Assembly (NCBI GenBank): GCA_034530615.2
Contig: JAVRCV020000052.1
Location: 64,001 to 128,000, forward strand
DNA length: 64,000 nucleotides
Direction: 5' to 3'
DNA from: Aulosira sp. ZfuVER01
GTDB taxonomy: Bacteria; Cyanobacteriota; Cyanobacteriia; Cyanobacteriales; Nostocaceae
The notes under the pieces were generated by a model. It saw only the letters and a list, made by a program, of their open reading frames with translations, searched no databases and had not been told where the DNA came from. The translations under genes were made by a program, and so were the position numbers. Shown here in pieces: positions 1 to 9,792 of this stretch. Position 1 is the first letter of the stretch. Each line of letters starts with the position of its first letter.

Positions 1-58
1 TTGTTGAATATATTCAACAAGCATAATTTATCAAATAATTTATTTCAAAGAAAAAATT

Positions 59-898
59 ATGATTTCTGAAAGAGGATTTATCACAATTTTAACAGGTATG
101 TATTCTTTTCAAGACTGTATACATTTTTTAGCTTCTATTAGAAAATTTCATCAAGAACCGATAATTATTTTAATTGACCGCGTTCCTAAAATTTTATATC
201 CTCTTTTGACAGCTTTCAAAAATGTTATTTTAAAACCAGCACCTGCTAATGAAAATACGGTTTTAGCCTCACGAGAAGCAAAATTAGCTTTATATGCAGC
301 ATCGGAATTTAAAAAAACGATTTATTTAGATTCAGATATCTGTTTACTATCTGACCTCAATGATGTGTTTGAATATTTAGATGAAGATGATTTTTTACTC
401 ACTAAAGATGTCCAACCTAGTATTGTTAAAGCTACCAACTTATTGAGAGGTAAGCAAGAAGAGATATTATCAGAAGTTTTACCAACCCTACAATCTGTAG
501 GTTTACCACTACAAGAAGATAGTATTCAGTATAACGGTGGTTTTATCGCTTTTCGTAAAACTGAAACAACTCAGAAATTATTTGATGAATTTAAGAGATT
601 TTTTGAAATTATCAAAAACAATCAAGAGAAATTACTATTAAAAGATCAAGGAGCTTTTGCTGCTGCGATCGCAACTGTCAAACCAAAGATTAAAGTCCTT
701 CCTCCTACATATAATTACCTGAGTAAATGGAAGGAGGCTTACAATATTGATGGTGAAATTAAAGTGCTTCACTGTACTTATCCCTATAGACCTCAATACG
801 CTAAAGACATTACTCGTTCATGCTATACAAGAATATTTGATAAACTTGCTAAATTTTTATTACCAAATCAAATTACCAATCCTTGGCGTACTAAGTAA
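59..898 (+). CDS. GT-A fold glycosyltransferase (GT8-like)
   Basis: 279 aa; IYLDSD (DxD), YNGG, DQG and LHCT motifs; lies in a glycosyltransferase cluster. Confidence 0.75.
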   Translation: MISERGFITILTGMYSFQDCIHFLASIRKFHQEPIIILIDRVPKILYPLLTAFKNVILKPAPANENTVLASREAKLALYAASEFKKTIYLDSDICLLSDLNDVFEYLDEDDFLLTKDVQPSIVKATNLLRGKQEEILSEVLPTLQSVGLPLQEDSIQYNGGFIAFRKTETTQKLFDEFKRFFEIIKNNQEKLLLKDQGAFAAAIATVKPKIKVLPPTYNYLSKWKEAYNIDGEIKVLHCTYPYRPQYAKDITRSCYTRIFDKLAKFLLPNQITNPWRTK

Positions 899-913
899 TA
901 ACTAATAAATATA

Positions 914-2077
914 GTGAGAAAAGTTTCTAAAATATCGCTACTAGTCTCTGACTTATCAAGTGCTGCTATCATGCGTGCATACTTGTTAGCTAAAGCTATT
1001 AAAATATTAGATATTGAAGTTGAAATAATCGGCTTTTTATTTGGAGATAATTTATATAGTAAATTACCCTCACAATTCCCAGTATATGATTTACCTGGTA
1101 GTCAATTTCCTGAATTTGGAAAAGCAATCGGGAAGATTTTACCAAAAATTCAGGGAGAAATAATTTATGCTATCAAGCCTCAAGTAGCAAGTTTTGGAGT
1201 AGCTCTATTAAAGAAAATATATAGCAAAAAGTCAGTAATTTTAGATATAGATGACTGGGAACTTAGCTGGCATGGTGGTGATGAATGGAATTATCATCCT
1301 ACACCCAAAAAGTTAACTAGAGAATTATTCAAATCAGATGGTGCTCTCAGAAGTCCTCATCATCCTTTATATGTGAAATGGATGGAAAAGCTAGTAAGTT
1401 ATGCTGATGCTGTGACAGTGCATACTAACTTTTTACAAACACGTTTTGGAGGTACATATATTCCCAATGGCAAAGATATCACCTTATTTGATCCTGCTCG
1501 ATATAATCCTGAGGCTAGCAGAATTCGCTATGGTTTATCTGAATACAAAATTTTAATGTTTCCTGGCGCACCAAGACCTTATAAAGGTGTAGAAGATGTT
1601 CTCATAGCGCTAGATAAAATTAATCAGCCCGACTTAAAACTAGCGATCGTAGGTGGAAGTCCTTATGATAATTACGATGAGCAGCTTCAACAACAGTGGG
1701 GACGTTGGATTATCAAATTGCCAAATTATCCAGCTGAGATTATGCCTGATGTAGTAGCTGCTGCTCACATTGTTGTCGTTCCGCAGAGAGATACACCTGA
1801 AACTCGTGCGCAATTCCCTCTAAAAATTACGGATGGAATGTCAATGGCTAAACCCGTATTATCGACACGGGTTGGAGATATTCCCGAAATTTTAGGTGAA
1901 ACTGGATATTTAGTTGAACCCACTAGCCCCGAACAAATTGCTGAACAAATTCAATTGATATTTCAAGATTTAGAGCTAGCAAATGAGCGTGGTAAAAAGT
2001 CTCGAGAGCGATGTGTAGAAAAATATAGCATAGAAGCTATGGCTTCTAGTTTAATGTCAGTAATTGCTCGGTTGTGA
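914..2077 (+). CDS. Glycosyltransferase family 4
   Basis: 387 aa, GTG start; RPYKG, FPLKITDGM and KPVLSTRVGDIPE GT-B motifs. Confidence 0.9.
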   Translation: MRKVSKISLLVSDLSSAAIMRAYLLAKAIKILDIEVEIIGFLFGDNLYSKLPSQFPVYDLPGSQFPEFGKAIGKILPKIQGEIIYAIKPQVASFGVALLKKIYSKKSVILDIDDWELSWHGGDEWNYHPTPKKLTRELFKSDGALRSPHHPLYVKWMEKLVSYADAVTVHTNFLQTRFGGTYIPNGKDITLFDPARYNPEASRIRYGLSEYKILMFPGAPRPYKGVEDVLIALDKINQPDLKLAIVGGSPYDNYDEQLQQQWGRWIIKLPNYPAEIMPDVVAAAHIVVVPQRDTPETRAQFPLKITDGMSMAKPVLSTRVGDIPEILGETGYLVEPTSPEQIAEQIQLIFQDLELANERGKKSRERCVEKYSIEAMASSLMSVIARL

Positions 2078-2235
2078 ATATCAAATTTAAAGAAAATGCC
2101 AGATTATCTAAAAATGTAAGGTGTATAAAATACGTATTTTCACCAATTAAATTTTCGAGAAATATGAAGATTAACTAATGTAGCAACAATGAGATATTCG
2201 TGTTAATAATAAATAAATTATGATGTACAGAAAAG

Positions 2236-4491
2236 ATGTCTACCAGGAAACTACTACTCAAATTTGCAAGACCCTATCCCGGCTTGATAATTTTGACAAT
2301 AATTTTAGGATTTTCCGGAGCATTATTTAATGGTGTAAGTACAACTTTAATTGTGCCAGTAATTTTAAAGATTGTGGGGCAGGAAGTAGATTTAAGTAGT
2401 GCCCCACAACTTCTGAATCTTATTATGTCTCCTTTTGATAAAGTTCCAGAAAACTATCGTGTCATAGTAATGTCTGGAGCAATTATATTAACAATCTTTT
2501 TAAAAAATCTAGCTAATTATAGTAGTAGTTTGGCATCAAGCTCTTTAACAAGAATTCTGACATCGGATATGAGAGAATCAGGATTCAAATTATTATTGGA
2601 AGTAGATATAGATTATTTTGCTAAGACAAAAGCTGGCGATCTAATCAACAAATTAGGTGGAGAAATTGGACGTGCAGCCAGTGTATTTGGAAGTACAATC
2701 AAGTTAATTATTTTAGTAATTACAATTTTAGTTTTTGTTGGCTTATTACTATCAATATCCTGGGAATTAACAATTTTATCTACAGTTTTACTATCATTAG
2801 TAACCTTAATTAATCAGTTTGCTATTTCCCGTTCCAAAAAGTTTGGTAAACAGCTGAGTGAGATGTCTAGTGCATATTCAATCGCTGTACTAGAAGTCCT
2901 GAGCGGGATTAGATTAGTTAAAGCAACAGGAAACGAAGACAGAGAATTTCAAGCGATTACAAAACTAATTCGTGCCCGCGAAAAAGCAGATTTTCAATCT
3001 CAGGTGAACTCCGAAGCAATCGGGCCTATAAGTGAGGTCATGGGAGTTACAGCTTTGATGCTGATTGTGTTATTAAGCAAAACTTTTTTTGCCGATCAGA
3101 TTGTTTCGCTTTCTGCCGTACTCTTGACATATTTATTGGTGTTGTTGCGGGTGCTACCATTAATTTCCCAATTAAATGCGATTCGTAGTGGTTTTGCTAG
3201 TACAGCTACTAGTGTGGATATGACTAGTGAATTTTTGAGCTTAAGTAATAAGCCATTCATGGGGAACGGTAAGCTTACCTACACAAAATTACAACAGGGA
3301 GTGAGCTTTAATTCATTGTCCTTTGCCTACCCTGGCCATGAGAAATTGGTACTCAACGATGTGACCCTAGATTTACCTCGTGGTAAAACTCTGGCACTAG
3401 TAGGCGGTTCTGGAGCTGGTAAATCAACTTTGGCAGATCTGTTACCGAGATTTTATGACCCAATAGCTGGCTCTATTACCATCGACGGTAAAGACTTACG
3501 AGAATTTGATGTCATATCCTTAAGAAAACGGATGGGGATTGTCAGCCAAGATACGTTTCTATTTAATGATTCAGTGCGGTATAACATCGCCTATGGCAAA
3601 CCAGAAGCCAGCGAAGAGGAAATTATTACCGCCGCCAAGCAGGCGAACGCCTATGAATTTATTAGTAAATTACCTAAAGGATTTGATACTTTAATTGGCG
3701 ATCGCGGCGTGATGTTATCTGGTGGACAAAGGCAAAGATTAGCGATCGCCCGCGCACTCGTCCAAAATCCCGAAATTTTAATTCTAGACGAAGCCACCAG
3801 CGCCTTAGATACGGTTTCCGAACGCTTAGTCCAAACTGCACTTGACGATCTCAGCCGCGATCGCACAACTTTGGTAATTGCTCACCGCCTTTCGACAGTT
3901 CAAAAAGCCGATCAAATTGCCGTTTTAGATCGTGGAAGTGTGGTCGAGGTAGGAACCCATGAAGAACTTTTACAAAAGGGTGGTTATTACTCACGCTTGT
4001 ACTCAATGCAATTTGCCGATCGTCCGGAGACCGAGGCTAAAAGCAATCAAAGCTTACTCCGCATCTCTCACGACATTCGGACACAATTAAACTCCATGAT
4101 TGGCTTACTACGCTTATTAATTGACGATTTAGTAGACAATTCTCAAGAGCGACAAGAATTAATTGCAGAATCTTACAAATCAGCCAAGATCATACTCAAC
4201 ACTATTGATATTTTTGATGATTTTATTAACTTACATAGCCAAGAAAACATCATCTCTATTGCCGATGGCAATCCTAGCAATATAGCTACCCATACCCAGA
4301 TTTCAAAGATGAGCCATATCTCCGTAGAATTTCGGAGTCGTCTTTCTGAAATACTTAACTCTCTACGAGCAATAATGGCTGATTTTATATCTCCCAATCC
4401 AGAGCCAAAACCAATAATTTTAGAATCTTATGAATCGGCTATTTACTTGCTAGATACGTTAAAAAATTTTGAAGACAGCCTTCTACAATAA
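2236..4491 (+). CDS. ABC exporter (HepA/MsbA-like TMD+NBD) with C-terminal HisKA-like extension
   Basis: Walker A GGSGAGKS, LSGGQ, ILDEATSALD; ~150 aa tail containing ISHDIRTQLNSMIG. Confidence 0.9.
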   Translation: MSTRKLLLKFARPYPGLIILTIILGFSGALFNGVSTTLIVPVILKIVGQEVDLSSAPQLLNLIMSPFDKVPENYRVIVMSGAIILTIFLKNLANYSSSLASSSLTRILTSDMRESGFKLLLEVDIDYFAKTKAGDLINKLGGEIGRAASVFGSTIKLIILVITILVFVGLLLSISWELTILSTVLLSLVTLINQFAISRSKKFGKQLSEMSSAYSIAVLEVLSGIRLVKATGNEDREFQAITKLIRAREKADFQSQVNSEAIGPISEVMGVTALMLIVLLSKTFFADQIVSLSAVLLTYLLVLLRVLPLISQLNAIRSGFASTATSVDMTSEFLSLSNKPFMGNGKLTYTKLQQGVSFNSLSFAYPGHEKLVLNDVTLDLPRGKTLALVGGSGAGKSTLADLLPRFYDPIAGSITIDGKDLREFDVISLRKRMGIVSQDTFLFNDSVRYNIAYGKPEASEEEIITAAKQANAYEFISKLPKGFDTLIGDRGVMLSGGQRQRLAIARALVQNPEILILDEATSALDTVSERLVQTALDDLSRDRTTLVIAHRLSTVQKADQIAVLDRGSVVEVGTHEELLQKGGYYSRLYSMQFADRPETEAKSNQSLLRISHDIRTQLNSMIGLLRLLIDDLVDNSQERQELIAESYKSAKIILNTIDIFDDFINLHSQENIISIADGNPSNIATHTQISKMSHISVEFRSRLSEILNSLRAIMADFISPNPEPKPIILESYESAIYLLDTLKNFEDSLLQ

Positions 4492-4495
4492 ACCT

Positions 4496-5707
4496 ATGAA
4501 AGATCCTGATTTAAAAAAGCATTATCTGTTTTTCATTGGTGAGGAATTGCCCAAGCCAGAAGCTCACTTAGTTCAGTCTACTAATGCAGCTAATGCAGCT
4601 GCCAACTTGGGATACTCAACAGTTTTAGCTTACCCAGATAAAGGAGTAAAAGCTATTAATATAGCTAATTTAATTTGTCCTTTTCAACCAAGAAAAACAC
4701 CTATAGAACTTGTTAATTATTACAACCTCCACGACAAGTTAAAAGTAGCGCCTTTACCTATGCCTTGGCCAATTGACAGATTGCGAAGTAAGTTCGCAAA
4801 TTCTAATACTGTTGCCTGCAAGTATTATCTCCCATTTCATATACTGCCAACTACCAAACTTGTCCATAGCCGCAACTGGAATTTTGTGAAAGCTGCTATT
4901 AAAAACGGTGTTCCGGCAATTTATGAACATCATCATCATGAAAATAAGCAATTTGAGCCTGAAATTATTCATAATCCACTGTTTCAAATTGCAGTAACAG
5001 TTGTCGATACAATCCGTGAATCCATGATTAAAAATGGTATGCCACCGGAAAAAGTGATTAAGCTGCATAATGGTTTTAATCACTTATTTATGCAAAGACA
5101 ACCAGAAAAAGCAGCAGAATGGCGCACTCAACTATTAAAAGATAAACGCTCACATTTAGTAGTCTACGCAGGAGCGCTACAGCAATTTAAAGGTATTGAT
5201 ATCCTAATTGATGTGGCTATTGAAATGCCAAATGTACAATTTGTTTGTGCAGGTGGAAAGCCAGCAGAAGTTACACATTACGAGCAATTAGCTAGAGAAA
5301 AACAAGTTAATAATATTACATTCTTAGGCTATCTATTACATCATGAGTTACCATCTTTGCTTCAAGCTGCTGATATTTTAGCTCATCCCCATTGTATGGG
5401 GGAAGCTGCAACTTTTACATCTCCATTAAAATTATTTGACTACTTCGCTTCTGGGACTCCTATTGTAGCTACAGAAATTCCTTCATTAATCGAATTTAAA
5501 AATACCAAATCTATAGCTGCTTGGTGCGATCCAGATGACCCTAAAAAATTCGCTGAATCTGTACAAAAGGTTTTAGAAAGTCATCCAAGAAAATTAGAAG
5601 GGTATTCAGATAGTATCGAATTTGTTAAGCAATTTTCTTGGGAAAATCGAGCCGCAAAAATTCTCAGTTATGTTGATGAATCGTTACTTCCACCAATTAT
5701 TACCTAA
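4496..5707 (+). CDS. Glycosyltransferase family 4
   Basis: YAGALQQFKG and SPLKLFDYFASGTPIV motifs; ATG at 4496 avoids overlap with the upstream gene. Confidence 0.88.
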   Translation: MKDPDLKKHYLFFIGEELPKPEAHLVQSTNAANAAANLGYSTVLAYPDKGVKAINIANLICPFQPRKTPIELVNYYNLHDKLKVAPLPMPWPIDRLRSKFANSNTVACKYYLPFHILPTTKLVHSRNWNFVKAAIKNGVPAIYEHHHHENKQFEPEIIHNPLFQIAVTVVDTIRESMIKNGMPPEKVIKLHNGFNHLFMQRQPEKAAEWRTQLLKDKRSHLVVYAGALQQFKGIDILIDVAIEMPNVQFVCAGGKPAEVTHYEQLAREKQVNNITFLGYLLHHELPSLLQAADILAHPHCMGEAATFTSPLKLFDYFASGTPIVATEIPSLIEFKNTKSIAAWCDPDDPKKFAESVQKVLESHPRKLEGYSDSIEFVKQFSWENRAAKILSYVDESLLPPIIT

Positions 5708-5727
5708 GTTATTTTTAACTAATTAAT

Positions 5728-6687
5728 ATGACAATTAAAACCATAGGTATGATTAGCAGCTATCGAGGTCTAGAAAATAGAGCCGATTGGCTGTGGCAAC
5801 AAACTCCAAAACAATTTGGCATGTGGGATAATATTCAAATGCTGGCACCAGCGTCTAAACCAGATTTTCTCCTAATGTATCAGTTTGATTTTCTTCAACC
5901 ATCTCCCCAGAAATCCTGGTTAGATAATTTTCGCAAACGGCAGCAAAAACCAACAGAAAATATTAATTCTGTACTACGAGGTCTCAATCAAGAGCAAATT
6001 ATTTATTTACTTAGAGAACCACCTTTAGATGAAATTGTAGAAATCACTAATTATAATTATCAACAAGCACAAAAGTATTGCGGCTACGTTTCTGGTCCCG
6101 ATGACTTTGCGCCTATTCCCGATTATATGCCGGCTATTTGGTATCATTCTAATTCCTTTCAGGATTTAAATGAAATGCCTTGTCCTGAAAAAATTGCTTC
6201 ATGTAGTTGGATTACTTCTGGGATTAGTCGCACAGTCAATCATCGCCAGCGTTTAGAATTTTTGCGCTCTTTACAAGAGAATGAAATTTCGTTTGATTTG
6301 TATGGGCGCAACTTACCAGTATGGGCGAATATCAAAGGAGAATTGAGTAATAAGTGGTATGGGATGGCACCATATTATTACAATTTGTCTATTGAAAACT
6401 ATGTTGATAATAATTGGTATGTAAGCGAGAAGCTTTGGGATAGTTTACTTGCTTGGTGCTTGCCAATTTACTATGGCGGGCCAGCAGCTGATAAATTATT
6501 ACCACCAGGTAGTTTTTTAAGATTGCCTAGTTTAGATGATAAAGGTATTGCTTACATCAAAGAAGTGACTGCTACACCTGATACTTGGCATGCAGCTAAA
6601 GATGCGATCGCAGAAGCACGCCAAATCATTTTACACAAGCTAAATCTGCTGAATTGGTTGTCAAATTTTGTCGTTAAACACTCATAA
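5728..6687 (+). CDS. Glycosyltransferase family 10 (fucosyltransferase-like)
   Basis: YYYNLSIEN...YVSEKLWDSLLAWCLPIYYG resembles the GT10 motif. Confidence 0.8.
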   Translation: MTIKTIGMISSYRGLENRADWLWQQTPKQFGMWDNIQMLAPASKPDFLLMYQFDFLQPSPQKSWLDNFRKRQQKPTENINSVLRGLNQEQIIYLLREPPLDEIVEITNYNYQQAQKYCGYVSGPDDFAPIPDYMPAIWYHSNSFQDLNEMPCPEKIASCSWITSGISRTVNHRQRLEFLRSLQENEISFDLYGRNLPVWANIKGELSNKWYGMAPYYYNLSIENYVDNNWYVSEKLWDSLLAWCLPIYYGGPAADKLLPPGSFLRLPSLDDKGIAYIKEVTATPDTWHAAKDAIAEARQIILHKLNLLNWLSNFVVKHS

Positions 6688-6690
6688 AAT

Positions 6691-7668
6691 ATGAATGGTA
6701 TTTGCACCCTTGCCAATGATTATGTTTTCGATCAATTGGTAGCTTTGCTCAATAGTATCGATACGATACTAGGTTCCGATATTCCTGTATGTATCTATCC
6801 TTTTGATGACCAGATACAACGGATTGCTGATGAAATAACCAGGCGACCTAATGTATTTATTTACAATGACCAGGAATCCATCAATTGCTGGGATCAATTT
6901 ATGCTGGAAGCAGCACCAGAAAGATTGGATAGCAGTAAATTTCGTCTCTATGGCGCTCACCGCCGTTTTTGTGCTTTTGATGGGCCCTTTGATAAATTTA
7001 TCTACTTAGATGCTGACACCTTAGTGATGAACTCACTCGCAGCAGTATTTGAAAAATTAGATAGTTATGACTTTGTTGTTTATGATTTCCAATTTAAAGA
7101 TGTTAGTAAAGTATATAACGTTAATTCTTCAAAATTGCGAGAAATTTTTCCACAAATTCGCATAAATTCAGAAATATTTTGTTCGGGTTTTTATGGCTCG
7201 AAACGAGGCATTTTTAATGCTGAGCAAAGAAAATCACTGCTATTTTATCTGCAAAATGGTGAAAGAGAAATCTTATATGAAGGTGCGGGAGAACAACCTC
7301 TGCTTAACTATATGGTAATGAGATCGAACCTTGCTATATATAATTTCGCTCAACAATTGGCACCTAATGAAGCAACGGGATGTTCTGTAAGCTCAAAGCA
7401 CTTTGAGGAAAGAGAGCATATTCTTTATGACAAGGGTAATCAACTAACTTATTTACATTATATTGGTGTTCCTCCTAACATCAATAAAGCTGTATGTGCT
7501 GGAGAGAATATTGATTTTCCCTATCGAGACTTATTTCTCTACTATCGCTACTTACACGAACCTGATAAACGTCCAGTATTTCAAAATATCACCAAATCTT
7601 ATAATGCTCCACCACCAAATTTACTCACCAGAGCTTTGAAAAAATTTAAGTTAATTCACCAAGGATAA
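6691..7668 (+). CDS. Npun_R2821/Npun_R2822 family putative sugar transferase
   Basis: GICTLAND..DQLVALLNSI start, GPFDKFIYLDAD, LTYLHY. Confidence 0.8.
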   Translation: MNGICTLANDYVFDQLVALLNSIDTILGSDIPVCIYPFDDQIQRIADEITRRPNVFIYNDQESINCWDQFMLEAAPERLDSSKFRLYGAHRRFCAFDGPFDKFIYLDADTLVMNSLAAVFEKLDSYDFVVYDFQFKDVSKVYNVNSSKLREIFPQIRINSEIFCSGFYGSKRGIFNAEQRKSLLFYLQNGEREILYEGAGEQPLLNYMVMRSNLAIYNFAQQLAPNEATGCSVSSKHFEEREHILYDKGNQLTYLHYIGVPPNINKAVCAGENIDFPYRDLFLYYRYLHEPDKRPVFQNITKSYNAPPPNLLTRALKKFKLIHQG

Positions 7669-7671
7669 TTT

Positions 7672-8562
7672 ATGAGTCGGGGAATTTATATAGTTGCTAA
7701 CGATTATGTACTTGATAATGCCATTGCCTTACTCAATAGCATTCGCTTTTATGACCAGGAAGTTCTAGTTTATCTCATACCTTTTAATGATAGTTATCAC
7801 AAAGTTGCCGAGCAACTTAGCACATTACATAATGTGCAAATTTTCCCAGATTTAGAACTAATTGAGCAATTTACAACACGTATAGGCGAAATTTTTGATC
7901 GAGATTTCCTCGCATTACCAAACAAAATGCGTAAACTTGTAGCATGGTTTGGCCCTTTAGATGAGTTTATTTATATTGACACAGATATTGTTGTTTTTGA
8001 AAAAATTGCTGACAATTTGAACCAGCTTGCTGAAGTTGATTTCTTCTGTTGCGATTATCATCACGCTAGTGACAAGCTACGTAATATCTTTTCTTTAGTA
8101 GTGAAAGAGCAACAAATTTTTTCAGATGCCCAATTAGAAGACGTTTTTAACAGTGGTTTTTGGGCTTCAAGAAAAGGTGCTATGACTGAGCAATACATGG
8201 ATGAAACTTTGCGTGAATGTGCTGCACATCGCGAATATTTTGATTTTTCGGAAGGTGTTACAGACCAACCCATTTTGAATTATCTCGTTCTCAAATTAAT
8301 TGCCAAACGCGGTAATCTCGTCAAAATTCCTGGCGGAGGGCCTGGTAGTTGGGCTGGTTCACGAAATTTCCAACAGCAAGACTACGTCCTGTATGACCGA
8401 GGACAACGACTTAAATATCTGCATTGGGCTGGAATAAAGATGAAAAGCAATAGTCCCTATTGGGAATTGTGGAAACACTATCGCTATCTTCATGAGGGTA
8501 AATTTGGTTTTATTCCAAAATTAACTCGTCGTTTATTCCCCTTTGTTACTGCCCGTACTTAA
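7672..8562 (+). CDS. Npun_R2821/Npun_R2822 family putative sugar transferase
   Basis: GIYIVAND..ALLNSI, GPLDEFIYIDTD, TDQPILNY, YLHWAG. Confidence 0.8.
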   Translation: MSRGIYIVANDYVLDNAIALLNSIRFYDQEVLVYLIPFNDSYHKVAEQLSTLHNVQIFPDLELIEQFTTRIGEIFDRDFLALPNKMRKLVAWFGPLDEFIYIDTDIVVFEKIADNLNQLAEVDFFCCDYHHASDKLRNIFSLVVKEQQIFSDAQLEDVFNSGFWASRKGAMTEQYMDETLRECAAHREYFDFSEGVTDQPILNYLVLKLIAKRGNLVKIPGGGPGSWAGSRNFQQQDYVLYDRGQRLKYLHWAGIKMKSNSPYWELWKHYRYLHEGKFGFIPKLTRRLFPFVTART

Positions 8563-8738
8563 TAAGTAGGTGGGCACAATTAAAGATAAATGACGAAGGC
8601 TGTTATTTGTGAGCCACTGCTTTGGATGGGTTCCCCGGCTTGTAGACACCCAGAGAGTGGCTTCCTGCAGGGTAGCAAGTGGCATCCTTGGTAAGGTTTC
8701 ATAACATAGTTTGATTTTTTATGTCGGCTTACTTATTA
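8560..8738. mobile_element. MITE-like element with nested small dispersed repeats
   Basis: Terminal inverted repeats TAATAAGTA (8560-8568) / TACTTATTA (8730-8738), extending imperfectly to ~24 bp; GC-rich inner unit GCCACT...AGTGGC at 8613-8683. Confidence 0.6.
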
Positions 8739-8749
8739 CGAGGATTTTT

Positions 8750-9784
8750 ATGATTGATGGTATTTACACTTTAGCTAATGATGTAGTCTATGACCAACTG
8801 GTTGCTTTACTCAACAGTATAGAAGCTAACGCTGGTAGAAAAATTCCGGTTTGTGTCATTCCATATAATGAGCAGTTAGATAAAGTAAAGGCAGAGATTG
8901 CAGCTAGGGATAATGTCACCTTATTTGAGGATTATGCATCTATCAATTATTGGGATAACTTTGCCACCCAGGTCTGGAAAAATTATCCCAGAGCACAGCA
9001 AACATGGCGGAAGTGGGGTTTTTCCGAACTTTATGAGCTACCGATGCACCGAAAATTTTGTGCCTTAGATGGCCCATTTGATAAATTTATTTATTTTGAC
9101 GCAGATACTCTTTTGATGGGAGCAATAGATTATATATATGACAAGTTAGAGAATTATGATTGGGTCACAAATGATTTTCAATATAAGTCTGGCATAAATT
9201 ACATTTTTGATGGTTCTATAGATTTAATTCAACAAATTTTTCCCGTAGAAAACTTACAATCTCATATATTTTGTGCTGGTTGGTTTGCTACTAAAAAACA
9301 CATCTTTCCACCGGATACCTTAGCCAATCTCTTAGAGAAATTACAGTCTGGTGAAGCTGATGTCATGGCTTTTATCGCACCAGATCAATCGTTATTTAAC
9401 TATATGGTCTTGAGAAGTGGCATTTCATACTATAACTTTGCTTATCATAATGCCGATACAGTAACTGGTAATCACTGGAGTTCTAAATTTGATGTAGTTG
9501 ATAATGTCCTTTATGACCAAGGACGGAGACTGACATACTTACACTATATGAGTATAGGCTCATCAAAGTTTACTAAACTTTGTGCTAGTGAAGATGTAGA
9601 TATTCCTTACCGAGATGTGTTTTTGCATTATCGTTATTTAAAATCCCCAGAAACCAGACCTCAAAGTTTTAAGCGTCCCAGTATGCTCCTCAAGTTACAA
9701 AATACTACTACAGGCTTTTTTAGGCAAAGAATCACGAATATTAAGCTTAACTATCGCAATTTTAGGGATAGAATCACTCAATAA
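8750..9784 (+). CDS. Npun_R2821/Npun_R2822 family putative sugar transferase
   Basis: ATG 8750 after a GAGGA RBS; GIYTLAND..DQLVALLNSI, GPFDKFIYFDAD, LTYLHY. Confidence 0.8.
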   Translation: MIDGIYTLANDVVYDQLVALLNSIEANAGRKIPVCVIPYNEQLDKVKAEIAARDNVTLFEDYASINYWDNFATQVWKNYPRAQQTWRKWGFSELYELPMHRKFCALDGPFDKFIYFDADTLLMGAIDYIYDKLENYDWVTNDFQYKSGINYIFDGSIDLIQQIFPVENLQSHIFCAGWFATKKHIFPPDTLANLLEKLQSGEADVMAFIAPDQSLFNYMVLRSGISYYNFAYHNADTVTGNHWSSKFDVVDNVLYDQGRRLTYLHYMSIGSSKFTKLCASEDVDIPYRDVFLHYRYLKSPETRPQSFKRPSMLLKLQNTTTGFFRQRITNIKLNYRNFRDRITQ

Positions 9785-9792
9785 TTAGTCTC

